Origin: Mytilus californianus | Lineage: Eukaryota | Assembly: GCF_021869535.1 (NCBI RefSeq) | Contig: NW_026262678.1 | Location: 558,001 to 622,000 of the forward strand | Direction: 5' to 3' | Length of the DNA stretch: 64,000 bases | Position numbers and translations under genes: made by a program | Notes under the pieces: model-generated | What the model saw: the letters and a program-made list of their open reading frames with translations, nothing else | Database searches by the model: none | Told to the model about the DNA's origin: nothing | Shown: positions 1 to 13,600 of the stretch, piece after piece | Position numbering within the stretch: position 1 is the first letter of the stretch | Layout of the letters: every line of letters begins with the position of its first letter

Positions 1-534
1 GTTTTGTCCATATAGGTTGCACTCTGTAAATACAGCTGATTCACAAACCAAGCCTCTTTTGGTGGAATATTTAATATTCATAGATATTTTGTTTTGTTTT
101 CCTGGGTCCCAGATATGATCTCCATGTTACATATCATGTTCATAGAGACAAAACTTGAATTCTTAGGAAGACTAAGGGAAGGGTAGTACATAATTTTAGT
201 ATGAGTTCAGGTCACATAAATATTAAAAATATGCCGCACAACCCTATGTTTTGCAAAAAAAGTCGTACATGTGAACTTTTACAAAACTTCAAAGTAAAAG
301 TAGCACTTTTGTTATCAGTAAAAGGAGTTCCTTGGGAAATTGTATTGACTATATTTCCAAAAGTGCAACATTTAAGCTTCTGCAAATGTTCTGTCTCCCG
401 ATATTAATGTCTGTCACTAAATTGTCCCAGTATAAGGAAATTTTTTTTATGTGTCAATCCGTTAAGGAAGTCCCTTAAGTGTAAATATTTGAGACCATAG
501 CATATTAATTGATAAATGATTAGACAGAAGGCAA

Positions 535-800
535 AGTATTGCTGAGAAATGGAAGGTTTAATATTGGACAGTTGAAATCATCAGATTTGTCATATATTCT
601 AGTCGTCTATCTGATACATTATCACGGAACATATCTTTGTATGATGTACCCCTTCGGTAGTATCTTTGATTTCAACTCTACTGGGATATTTGAGATTAGA
701 GGACTGATAGAAAATGAAGGATACAGGATATCATCAAAATATCTGAAATGGAACACAAACTTTTTAAGATGTTTTGTCTTTTTATCTTTGGAAAACTTCA
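535..800 (-). mobile_element. Decayed Penelope-like reverse transcriptase fragment
   Basis: Minus-strand translation with frameshifts gives FRYFDDIL (RT catalytic motif), PVELK/EIKDTTE-like and RIYDKSDDFNCPILNLPFLS, matching the C-terminal half of the RT family that recurs at 16.5, 39.8 and 51.2 kb. Family assignment is from memory. Confidence 0.6.
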
Positions 801-1599
801 GATTGAATGCTCAATGTTAACACATACACTGCCAATCAAAAAGTCCAGCATGTGTAAGCATTTCTTGCTTGAAAATAGGTGCACGTCAAACAAAGCTAAG
901 TAATGTTGTAAAGACTAAGATAACATCTTCTTAACAATTTTAGAAAGTAGTTCAACGGTGTTCTAATCTAACAAAAACGATGTTGGGTATGTTTCCAGGG
1001 TACACGTCTCTTGCTATGCACGTATTATGTTAAGGTCAAGGATCAGTAAATGGGCTATGTCACAGATTTTTGTAAAAATTTGCATACAGCTTTGGCTTGT
1101 TGAACTATAAAAAAAAATCTATTTTCTGAAATAATACTGATTGAATTCTTTGGAAATAGGTGAACGATTGTAAAGAAAGCACATAAAATCGGCAAAACCC
1201 ATTCTTAAATGTATCTTTAAATCATCAAATCTCTTATTTCTATATCTGACATAGTGCTTCATTTGCATATTTGTACTAATAAAATTCCAGGTTTCATGTT
1301 TTTGTTTTCGTTAAACATCACGGAAATACATACGATTTACCTTAATAACAGGTAAAACCTGCCTAACATGTATGTAATATTCCACCATACTTCCATGACG
1401 TAGGAATAATGCTAAGCTCAACTCATTTTATTTTAATCTCCCCACGGACTACCAACGGTTTATATTATTTATAGAAAAGGTACTATTAGATATTTGAAAT
1501 CTATTTTTACTTCACACAACTCAAAACGAATCAAGTTCAATTCGTAGTAATTTTATAAATGTTTAAATCAAGTTATCTTCATGTATTTATATTTCTAAG

Positions 1600-1780
1600 T
1601 GATATCGACCCAGTGTTAGTAAATGAAAATAACACAGAAAGAAAAATACGTAGGAGAAAACATTTACCAAACCTGTCATATTGACCCTTGTATGAAGTAG
1701 GTACACTTCAGATATTCGTTCTTGGTATTTACCAGGCTTTCATGTCGACCAAGATCATACTTATAGGAAAAACGAATCAA
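1600..1780 (+). repeat. Dispersed single copy of the degenerate satellite unit seen at 3880-4740
   Basis: Shares gtaggagaaaacattt...acctgtcatattgacccttgtatgaa...catgtcga(c/t)caagatc with the array. Confidence 0.7.
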
Positions 1781-2899
1781 TTTCAATGTAATACTACAGT
1801 AGAGTAGTTCTACAAATGTTTAAATCCAGTTGTCTTCATGTATTTATATTTCGTAAGTGTTTCTACTTCATATAAGGACCAATTATACAGGACGTCTATA
1901 TATGTTGATTTCTACTTACGTCCTTGTCTATGTTCTATTTTAATGACAACAAGTCAAATCCCCTTCGTATTACATTGGTAAATATTGAAGGATTTAGTGG
2001 TGAAATTATATTGAAAAGAACGATAAACGTTTTATACTTTCAAGTGTATAACTTTATTTCTAAATGATTGATAATTGAATCCTTAGTTTCTGAAGGATTT
2101 GTCAGTGTATGAACGGAATTTATGACGTGTATGTCATAATCGGTTTCGATCTGATGCAAATAAATACAAAAATAATACAGATTTGCAATTATTTATTTTA
2201 AGCATTACAGCACAATGTATTTTGTATTGGTACAACCTTTATTTTCTAGACACTGACATAATATCATCAAGTACAAAGTATATGGGTTTTTCTCATTGTT
2301 GAAGGCCGTACGGTTGTCTATAATTGCTAACAAGCATATCATTTGAACTTTGGTGGATACATGTCTCATTGGAATTGAACCACATCATCTTCTTTTTATA
2401 TTAATTATAAGGACCAATTATAGAAAAAACAAATGGGTTGAAAATTAAATCATATATATTTGTATCTCCTACTGTCAATCGCGCATTTTTTTGTCAATGA
2501 ACTTTTACGTTGATCTGCTGAGCATATGTATTTTTTTTTTATTTTAAAAGAACAATTTTGATAATTATGATAATCTGCATGATCTACATGCTATTGTATT
2601 ATATTCAAATCATATATATATATTTTAATTGTTCGAAATTGAAAATTGAAACATGAAAAAGGGAGGGGGTATGTGCTTAAAAATCTCTACTACAGTGTAT
2701 CTTTAATTATAAATGGTAAAAACCAGGAAAAAAGATTAATGTTTAAGGTAAATAAGTAAAAGTAAAACAAAGTTTACAGCCATTATGATAATGTTGATAA
2801 TGTTTTGAAACCAATTTTACGTTAATCTTTTTGATATTCAGCAACATTAAAACAAAATCAAATATTAACATCATTAGTTTTCTCGTTTGAATTGTTTTA

Positions 2900-3058
2900 T
2901 ATTTGTCATTTCGTTTTTTTTTATAGCTGACTATGCAGTATGGGCTTTGCTCATTGTTGAAGGCCGAACGGTGACCTAAAGTTGTTAATTTCTGTGTCAT
3001 TTGGTTTCTTGTGAAGAGTTGTCACATTGGCAATCATACCATGTCTTCTTTTTTTATA
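2900..3058 (-). repeat. High-copy dispersed repeat fragment (agaagatgtggtatga..gccaatgagacaactc family); a second fragment lies at 2278-2400
   Basis: Reverse complement matches copies at 33565-33740, 42298-42450, 54441-54850 and 56960-57215. Confidence 0.75.
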
Positions 3059-3314
3059 TGAAACTTTTTAAAATTTTATGAATACTTTACTTGCAAATGA
3101 AATGAGAAATAAACATTATTTAATTTTGTGTAACAATGCAACTCATCTACAAATGACAATAAATTATTGTGTATGTCTAGGTCGTTCGCCAGATTCACTT
3201 TCATCAGGAACGACAAGGATAAGACTAAACACTCGAAAAGCAACATGTACATGTATTTGACAAAAGAGACTTACAAAAACAGCCAATTGATATAGGGTCA
3301 ACTTTGCCTGAAGA

Positions 3315-3742
3315 TTGATTGATTGATTGTTGGTTGCTTAACGTCCAGTGGCAAATATTTCATGTATATTCAGGACGAGAACAAATTAACAATAAATACA
3401 ATAGGTAGGTTCTGTAATAGGTGCGCCCGGGATTAAAGTCGGAGAAATTTAGACTGCCACGGAAAATGAGGGTATATTGGATAGGGACAGAAATTTAGCC
3501 TTGCAACAGGTCACCTACGGACCCCTCAAAGAGTTGTTGCGAGGGTTCTTAACGTGCAAAGAGCGTAGCACTCTCTATACACGAGGCATCGGATTTAACG
3601 TCCCCATGCTGACCGGACGTGGCTGCAAATTTGTACATCCCGCACAGCCAAACGGACGCCCCACTTTAGCAAGGGTCTTACTGCCGGTCGGAGGAAGACC
3701 AATTGTGACCATACTTCTATTCCCCAGTCACCCTTGGGGGGT
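3315..3742 (-). mobile_element. 5'-truncated SINE-like retroposon with (AATC)n tail and 13-bp target-site duplication
   Basis: CTTTGCCTGAAGA flanks both sides (3302-3314 and 3743-3755). The GC-richer body ends on the minus strand in ccactggacgttaagcaaccaacaatcaatcaatc. No tRNA-like head is visible. Confidence 0.8.
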
Positions 3743-3879
3743 CTTTGCCTGAAGAAGGTTGAACCTTAGTTTCTAAATATTTTTTGAATTTATCAACAGA
3801 AAATTCAAGACGAGTTTGTAAAATATCATGTCAGTAGCAACGCATGAACTACTAAGTTGATGATATCATAAGCAGTAAT

Positions 3880-4740
3880 ATCGACCCATTGTAAGTAAAT
3901 GAAAATAAGATGGAAAGGAAAGTATGTAGGAGAAAACATTTCCGAAACTTGTAATATTGAGCCTTGTATAAAGAAGATTCACTTCAGATTTTTAATTCCT
4001 GGTATACACCGGGTTGTCATGTCGATAAAGATCGCACTTAATATAAAGGAAAGTAAGTAGGAGAATATATTTCCCAAATCTGTCATTTTAACCCTTGAAT
4101 GAATTACGTACACATCCGAAATTCAATTCCTGGTATTTGCCGGGGTTTCATGTCGATCAAGATCGCACGTCATAGAAAAGAAATTCAGTAGGAGAAGACA
4201 TTTACAAAACCTGTCGTACTGACCCGTGTATGAAATCATTTTTTGTATAAACTAGGCGTTCATGTCAATCAAGATGGCAAATCAAAAAAGAATAAAGTAA
4301 TCCATTTTAAGATTAAACCGGAACAACTATGCAGTACGTGGCAAAGAAAGTCAGTAGGAGAAAACATCTCTAAAACCTGTCATATTGATCCGTATATGCA
4401 GCTATTCCTGGTAAAACTAGGCTGTCGTGTCGATCAAGATGATTAAACCAGAACACTAAAATACTCCATTTTCAAGATTGAACTGGAACAAATATGTAGT
4501 ACTCAGAAAAGAAAGTCAGTACGAAAAAACATTTCCGAAACTTGGGATGTTGCCCCTATTTTGAAGTAGGAACACTTCAAAAATATAGTTCCTTGTATAA
4601 ATCGGGATTTATTACATGAATGACCAAACTTTTAATACAAGAACGGAACAAATATGTAGTACGTAGAAAATAAAATAAACAGAAGAATCCAGTCGTATTG
4701 ACCCTTGTATAAAGTGGGTACTCTTCAAAAGTCGAGTGTA
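3880..4740 (+). repeat. Degenerate satellite-like tandem array, about 6-7 units of roughly 130-170 bp
   Basis: The anchor gtaggagaa(a)acattt and its variants recur near 3926, 4058, 4188, 4354 and 4518. It is usually followed by acctgtcatattgaccc and, in the first four units, catgtcgatcaagat. Confidence 0.75.
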
Positions 4741-6676
4741 AACTTTAAAGAATAATTAATTCAAACTATATAATATACACAACTTTACATAAATAAAATT
4801 GAGAATGGGAATGGGGAATGTGCCAAAGAGACAACAACCCGACCAAAAATTATAAATACATGTATAATTGAATAATTATAAGTATCAGGAAAACAATAAC
4901 ATTAACGGTTCCAAATTTGCTACAGCGGATGTGCATTTCGCCAAAATATTTAAAAATACAAACTTATACAAAATATGAAGAGCTTGTAAACCAAAAGGGA
5001 CTTGTTGAATTGTTAATTGATAAAATGTATCTTATCTAATGTTTAAAAAATTTACAGTTATTTTATAGTCATATATCATTATTAACGTTTATCAAGGGAT
5101 GTTTATCACTGTTGTAATAAACGCTTGAAACAATTTAAGTCTGAAGTGTAAAAAAGGGCAGAGCTTGTTTATATGTGCACTATATATCTTCATGTCGAAC
5201 AAGATCGAAGACCGATAGACTAAAATTTATCATTTTACAACATAAGACAGGAACAAAAAGTGCACACCACAACAACGAGTACATCGCAGTAAAATCAAGT
5301 TCGTATGAAGAATTATAAACTTATCTTCAATATTATCGACGAAAAAGTAAGTCTCTTGATTAGAGGTTTGAAATTTACCCTTACCCAGATGCGGATATTG
5401 AAGAACTGTCTGTAAATTTCAAAACTTTTGAAGTTCAAAACTTGAATACCATTTGTTTTAGATAAGGCGGTATGTACAGAGGATTCTTTTATTGCATGAC
5501 ATTACTCAGACTGTAAACCTCAAACATACAAAAAAATTTTATTAAGACCGTTACGTAGAACATTTAAAAAGCTAGCAATTAACAATAATAAGGTGAAACA
5601 AACATTCCGAAATCACAAGAAATCTTTAAACCACACCAGCGTATTTCGATGATAAAAGAAAAGGGGTTTGTCATAATAATGGTAGACATACACAAAAATA
5701 AAAAGAATAAACTCAATTTAAAAATAAACATTGATTTAAGAAGAAAAAATTACCCTACAAGTAAACTTATAGCAATATCTCCTGAATATTTTACGGATAA
5801 AGAGACGGATTGTTTGTTAAGTTTGAGGTAAAGACTAGTATTTTTGTCAGCCTTGCTTTTAATTTATGAATGAATGGCAATTCAATTTCACTTTTCGATG
5901 ACTGAAATTTCTATTGCGTCGAATCTCTGTTCGTAATTCTCAAAATCAGACGACTTTTCTCTGTAAGTGATATGGTGTACTCAATATGGGGGTCATTTGT
6001 TGATTGATATGTTTACTCTATAATAGTGACTTCAATAGAAACATTGGAAAGGTTAAACATGTTAAAGTGTGTATATTCATCCCATGATCAGGGAATATTC
6101 AAACTGGATTTTGCAAATGAGGGATAGTTTGAAACACATTAGGATTAATCTGGTTTCAAATCTTTTTCCTTTTTGGTTGAATGTACGAACTATTTCTATT
6201 GCAAAACCAAATATTATTATCAGAAAGTCCTTTGAACAAATATGGTGTTTGAAAGTTAATTGTAATGTGACAATTTTTTTCATTTTCTACTGTTTTAAAC
6301 AAAAGAAACTGGCCTATCGGATGAGTTATATCATTTTTGCAAACCATAGTTGTAATAAGACAAGGATTATTACAGCGGTAATAGTTGAATGTTAATTGTG
6401 GATACAAAAGACAGGTGTTACAATTTAAGACTCGTGTTAAGCTTTATACTTTATTTTTAGCTTTTTATTTCAAGACTCGTGTTTAGCTTTATATTTCCAC
6501 ACTATTGTTTTTTCATTAAAGGTGAAAAATGTACAGCTTTATGATGCAGTTTGGTCGTATTTAAAAAAAAAAAAAGATATTGTATGTATCAATATGTCCT
6601 TGAGGCATCATCCAGTTGAGTACTTGTAACGTTTAAATTGGTTTATTCATATTTGTCACCCACACTTACACCTAAG

Positions 6677-6735
6677 TATAAATAAAGATTTCCAACGAGA
6701 GTTTGTATTGTAAAGAGGTCATCACATTTCCTAAG
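6677..6735 (+). promoter_or_regulatory. Candidate TATA box and short non-coding first exon of the BRICHOS-like gene
   Basis: TATAAATA at 6677-6684 and a strong donor AAG|GTAAGT at 6736. An acceptor (ttatag) at 7565-7566 sits 20 nt before the ATG, so an upstream UTR exon is expected. Confidence 0.45.
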
Positions 6736-7586
6736 GTAAGTGATTTGACATAAAAAAATGTTCAGTTTATTTATAATTATTTACAAGCAATAGTAGTTTA
6801 TCGCTGTATACATATTGTAAATCCATATTTTTATGATACTTCTGAAAGATTCAGAAGGCAAGTAATACATGGTTGACTGATATATTTCAATATTAAGATT
6901 GCTTTAGAAACAAAAAGGCATGTGCCAGTTATGATAGTTAAGACATGTTTAATCATAATACAGCGAAGTCTTTAACAAATTTTTGTCAAGCCTGATAAAT
7001 TTATTTGGCGAAAGCAAGACATACCAATCCTAGATTCCGTCGTCGGCGTTCAATTTGGACAGAACCTTTTTTATGACCACAAGACAGTATCTATAGCGAA
7101 ATTTTGGAAATATTTATTCAAATTTTTCCGTATTTTACTGATAAATGGACTTAGTGTTTTTACAGTTAATGAAAAACTTGTTCATGACCAACATACAGTA
7201 TCCAGAGCAAACGTTTGAAAATGAAAGTATATATTCTTATTTTTCCGTATTTTACCAAGAAATAGCATCCAAGGAAAGGAAGTTTGATTTTTTCCTTTAA
7301 AATTATATATTTTACAGATAAATGGACTCCCTTTTTAAGTCAACATTACACTTTTACACTGACAACAGCAATCGCAGGAGAGACACAGGGTTCCACCGAA
7401 TTCCTTACGACTTTTTTTTGTATGATGAGTAAGATATCAAGGACCAAATTTGACATACTGACATGAAATATTTTTATGCATTCAAACACCTATATTTATA
7501 TTATTTTTGCGATCGATCTCATTCATCAAAATTAAAATTAAAGCATTGCTATTATATATGTTATAGATATCAACTCCAACGTTAAA

Positions 7587-7652
7587 ATGAGATGGATAAT
7601 TATGATTCTTACCAATATTCTCTGCTTGTTAGTTGTCACAGCTTATGAAATG
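7587..7652 (+). CDS. Gene 1 coding exon 1: signal peptide
   Basis: aaaATG, then MRWIIMILTNILCLLVVTAYEM, then donor GTATGT (phase 0). Confidence 0.85.
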
Positions 7653-10600
7653 GTATGTACATTCTTTGTCGAAGAAATGGTCACTAGCCAATTTGTTTAA
7701 AGCGTTGCGTAAAGTGCGTCCAATAAAGTTAGAAAATCACATGAAAGAAAAAAGATATATGACTATCTTAAATTTATATACAATATATTATTTTGACTTA
7801 TGTAATCGAATGTATTGGTCATTCTATCTGGTTTTCTTTATAACACACGTGCGTTAATGTAAATTGTCATGTATAATATACCTTTTTTTTCTGACACCAA
7901 ATACATTGATGGTGACTAATTTTCTCACTTTAAATATTTTCTAAGTTATTTGTTATTTGAATAGCTGTCTTGTCTTATTGAGTAAACATTTACCCCAATT
8001 TCCTTAAAGTTATATGCATGGGAAGTCGGGTATACATGTTTCTGCTGTACAAACAATCAGTGAAGCGGAAGTCCGCGATTAGAATTATAAAATGGCAGCC
8101 TTATACTTTTATTTGATTGTGTTCATAAACAAGCTAAATGGATACAATGTAATTAATTCTTATTTTGGAAAACTGATATTCGTTTCAGAAATTGGGTTAT
8201 CAAATAAAAGACGGAAATGTCATTTATGAGAAAGAGTTGGAAACGAATCGAGAAATGAATGTGTTAAAGATTCATATTCTTGCACACAATGAAGTTATGG
8301 AATCGTATTCGATGCAAGATTTTCAAAAGGTTTGTAACATCAAAGTTTTTGACAGAGATATTTTTACTCAAAACTTTAATAACACACCAAACCAATTGAT
8401 ACAAAAGTTGTTTACAAATATTCTAGACGGGGAATACCCTGACATTCATCTTGAAATTATGTCGTTTTACAAAAGACTAAATAGAAAACTGTTTATTGTG
8501 TCACTATATTACTTTTTTTTAAAGAATTGTCTTGTATGATAAAAAAACAACAGAGATACCAGGCTAATAATTGGGTACTTCAAGATTGTTTTCCATCTAC
8601 AAAAGACTCACCAATAACGTTTGAACAAAAAATTGTATAAAGCCAAAAAAAGTAAGACGTTGAAGAGCTTTAAGGGCTAACATTCCAAAAGGATTTACCA
8701 AATACATGTATGGTTATATATTCATCGAGTAAAAATGTTTGGTATTTCAAATAATTTCAAGTTTTACACACAGTTACAACTCTGGTGTTTAGCTTTTATA
8801 CAACGAGATGAATCAAGGTGAAAATCCATAGGCAATCACTATCGAGATGAATTAAGGTGAAAATCTATGGGCAATCACTATCGAGATGAATCAAGTGAAA
8901 ATCCATGGGCAATCACTATCGAGATGTATCAAGGTGAAAATCCATAAGCAATCACTATCGAGATGTATCAAGGTGAAAATCCATGGACAATCACTATAGA
9001 GATGAATCAAGGTGAAAATCCATGGGCAATCACTATCGAGATGAATCAAGGTGAAAATCCAAGGCAATCACAATCGATATGAAAATAATTACTAAATCTA
9101 AACAATTGTGTGTTGTTGTGTCATTGACTGATACCCCAAATTTCATTTTATTCAACAAACAAGAAGACGGTTACATATTATAATACTTTCTGTAACACAT
9201 TTTCTTTGATAATTTTTATTTCACAATTTGAATTCTATATGTTGGCAGAGTTAGAATAAGCTTTTTTCGGGAATATCATTCGGTTGAATTGTACTCCCTA
9301 CAGCTTAGTTAAAAGTAAATGATATGCTCATGTAGGAAGAGTAGCTATCAAAATTGTTGCCTGTATCACCAAAGTCCTTTATAAAAGGATGTATGTACTT
9401 GCAGACGAGTACAATCCACTGTATACATTTAACCGTTATCGTCTGTGTTTAAATAAATCTGTCGCCTGACGCCTCTAAGAACATTATTTGGTTTCAGTCC
9501 ATCGCACAACTAGTGCATATATTTGGATTCTTTTCATATTAGTTTTGTTAAAAGAAAATGACAGAACACGGAAAAATGAAGAAAATATATTATTTCTACA
9601 TGAATTTCACGTTTGTGTTACAGGGACAGCAGATCACATGCATTCCATCATTACATCAATGTAGGTTTCGGGAGATCAAAACAGAAAATAATGCAGGTGC
9701 TAGCCTGATTATGGAAACATTTATTCAAAGCTTGGTAAGAAATATGAAAATGTGAGCATGTAATCATGTTTATTCTATTCTTATCAATTTGAATATACTT
9801 TTGCAATAATCCGCTATTGTACGAAAAGTTCAGATCGACCAAGTATTTTTATCGAAAGGCTGAATATAAATATACCTGACCAATTGAAGTTATTCAATGA
9901 ATAGATCCGATAGATGGTAGTAGTCAAGAAAACAGTGAGAAGCAGAGGGGTAATTAATATTTTTCAGTGCAGACACTTCCATAGCAAAAGATTTATTTTG
10001 TAATAACTCGTAACCAACTGTTTACTTTCCATCAGGTAGTTATAATGACAGATTCAATCAAAATTATTGATATTCGTCAATAGGAGCAATGATCACATAT
10101 GCATAGGACATATTGGCAAGTTCATTGAAAGGGAAAGGTTTTGTTTAATTCTTGCATCTGTTTTCTTTCCTATGAATCCTATCAGGAATATGTAAACAGT
10201 TCCAGCGTATTCTAGTCAGCTAACTTCATATCAAACATGCTATAAACAATGTTATGGCTCAATGCATGAGTTGCGCTTAATATACTTGTTGTCTAATAGT
10301 TAACGTATTATGTATAACACAGTGCGGTGATTTTGTGGTAAATGCAACGAAAACCAGTAAGGAATTTAGATATATTGAACATTCGCACGGATTTTTCTGT
10401 CAAAAAAATCATATTGTATTCTTCTATATATATATCAATAAAACGTTGAATGATTTTACAAATTATCGATAAATATGTTGAATAATTTTGAACATGTTAG
10501 AAACGTAAATTATTTCTTGGTGAAAACTGATTAGTTTAATGTCCTGAACATCAATTTAGTTCATTTGACCCTACACTCTAAAAATGGTACTAATTGATAT

Positions 10601-13600
10601 ATTCGTTATTACTGAAAGTTTAATAAAAGTATTTATAGATTGAAGGCGAAACATTGAAAAAAAAATTAACTCAGGGTACACATTTAAGTATATCTGACGT
10701 TCCTGTAGATAGCATGAGATTTATTAAGTAGCTTATACTTCGAACTTCATATTGTAAAACGAGCATGTTTGGTAAATAAACATTAAGAACATGTGACAAG
10801 TATATTCAAATATCAATTTTTAGTTCAATAAAGGTTACAGTAAACCGGAAGCGCACACTACAATTGGGAGAGAGTTGTTTCATATGGATAAAAATGAAAT
10901 GGTTGACCAATATATACTTGAAGAAGATTTGAGAGAGTTTTACCACGGCTTTGGATTCCCTCTGTATAAGGAAAAGAAAATACTCAATGACGCTAAGATA
11001 TTTAATATCACCCGGTTTAAAGCAGGTACGTCTTTTTGACTTTAAAATGACATTCAGGCAGTGCATTTTGATCATACATAATCTATGAATCATAATGGAA
11101 AATTTGATTTTTTTTTTTTTTTCAATAAAATATATGTTAATCATTGAATTAACCGATGAGGCACTAGCAGGTACATATTTTTCAGGGATTTTACGTTTCC
11201 TCTTGTGTTTTCAGAGGTAAATAGCAAATATTTCGCACCATCTTTCTACAATAATGCTAATCATTCTGCCAAACAAATTTGGAAAATATTCATTTATTTT
11301 GTATGTTCGGTTTATTTGACTAAATAATCATTTACTTATTGTTCATCAACTTCAAGTTTTCCTATATAATTTTTTTTTCACATATTAACCTCTTGTTAAA
11401 CTTTCGTCACATTTTCTCAATAGCAACTAAACAAAACAAATAACTAAAACTTGAATTCTTCAAGTATTCAAATATTTATGCATCCTTTGCTTTCACATTA
11501 TTTGGGTTTGAACGTTCATGACGCAGATTAATCCAAATAACGCTTTGAAAACATCACTATTTAACAAATGGTTTGTTCATCATGAGTCGTCATTTGTAAA
11601 CGGTTTAGTAATTTGAATTCATCAACGCAAAACATAATCAAAAATAAAACAATAGGGCATCGTGCGACCTTCTACAGTAAGCAAAAACAATACCACATAG
11701 TATTGCATAAATGGAACCGACATGACAAAATAGTAATACTTGAACAAATGTAAAGCAATGCAGAAGAGAAAATAGTAGCCAATGACAAATACTCCTTGCT
11801 TTGAAAGACATAAAGGGAATGTGTGAGCGCTTAACATTACCCTAAACCTGGAACATATCAACAAACAGTGAAATTGAGTTGAAAAGTATTTGATCACACT
11901 GGCAAGCAGCAACATAAGAAATATCAAGCACAAAGAGAAGGTTTGGGGGAATCAAAATCCTCTACAACTCAAAGTTCTGACTAATTAACAAACCGTTTTT
12001 TCCAGATTGAAATACCAATAGGTACAACACAAATGGGTTTACTTTCAAGACGTCATAACAGTTTTGAAGCAGCATGGTCTTGTGCAAACTTAAACTATAA
12101 TATTCATTCTTAAAATGGGTGGTAAACAAGGTAATATTAAATGTCATGGTCAAACTTTTGAACATGCAAACTTAAAGTAAAACACATTTACCCATATATA
12201 AAAAGCTATACGGTAACCAAGGATTACTAATGATCCCACAACAAACATCCAGTTTTAAAACTAGACAATAAAGAGGAGCAACAACGTTACGCGACTACTA
12301 AGAATTGTAATATTTAGACGTTGACATGCTTTCACATACTTCAGTTGGTTAAATGCAAATTTCATTGAAAAAAATATGCAGTTAAAAGGTACAGGCTTTC
12401 TCATCTTTGCAAATGTTTTGAGACTGACTTCAATTGCTATCAACTTATAACAAAACGGTTGTGTTTTTCTCTGTTGAGCAATATGATGCAACTTATCCAT
12501 TTTTAACAGCAGATTAAGTCAAACATTTTTTTCCAGGAAGGCGTGTAAAACGAAGTTTTACAAGACTTGAAGTTGATTGCTATGGACAGTACCCAACAGT
12601 GAAGTATGGTGTAATTTCAGGAACATCTTCCAATCGAATTAAAATATGCAACGGGTAAGATACATTTTACACAAACATAAAAAGAACATTGCTGTTTGCT
12701 GTTTTTTTTTCCAATTTTGCGATTTTTGTAGTTATATATATGCTGTTTGATACTATTCATTGAGAAAAAAGGGCAAACAGAGGAAAAAAGTCCATCGCAA
12801 TTTGAAAATTTGCCCTTGTCCTTTTTCTACGACCGACTGTGATCACGTAATTGTATAAGAGGTGTCAAATAACATAGAGTCATAGTTATGCTTTTATTGG
12901 TATTTTTATATGAAACTAAATGATATCTTGAATATTTTAATAATCTTCTTGTCTACAATTTATTAAATTTACCTTATGTTTCTTTCGCTTTGAGTATGCC
13001 AAATAATGATATTTTTCTTTTTAGTTTAAAATAATGTTAAACATGTCATATATAAGATATGCTTTTTTTTTCAATTTCACGTCCCATTCTCAAGTCTGTT
13101 ATCTTTCATATCTTAGAAAATATATATGTTTAAGGTGTTTGGTTAAAACACGATTTAAAACCGTGTCATTTAAACGATATTTGAAATGCCTGAATTTGTT
13201 TGGTTTTTTTTTTCTCTTTTTTGTTGAAGTGGTCTGTTGATCAAATAAAGGAGTATGATCTTTCATATTCAAGTTTTAAGCGGATAGCTGATAAAAGATA
13301 CTAATGTTAATGCAATACAATGATGCATCCATCATCTGAATTTATATGTAAGTAATGTTTTTTTCCGTAATTTCTTCTGTAAGTTTTTTTCAGACAAGTG
13401 CTTAAGTCTCCACGTTTATTGGAGAAGCAAGGGTATGACGGAGTGAGGTAAAATGATATGTTTGTGTTCACAGTTTTGATCGTGTTGATGTCTAAAAAAG
13501 CACATTGAGATGCTTTTAATGCATTTTTGTTTAATTTTACATTCAAAAGTTATTTGTTTATTTTATAGAGCTGCACGAATTAATGGACAAATGGTGTTCC

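Noticed and set aside
8804-9083. CRISPR-like array
   Set aside because: The units are contiguous with no unique spacers, the context is a eukaryotic intron, and there are no cas genes.
10880-10945. EF-hand-like look of LFHMDKNEMVDQYILEEDL in gene 1
   Set aside because: The loop lacks the Gly at position 6 and the correct spacing, and the segment fits the BRICHOS C-terminal motif better.
11186-11216. Possible 31-nt exon (ttcag|...|gtaaat)
   Set aside because: It needs a phase-0 upstream donor, but exon 4 ends in phase 1 and is only 160 nt away. It is not needed for the open frame.
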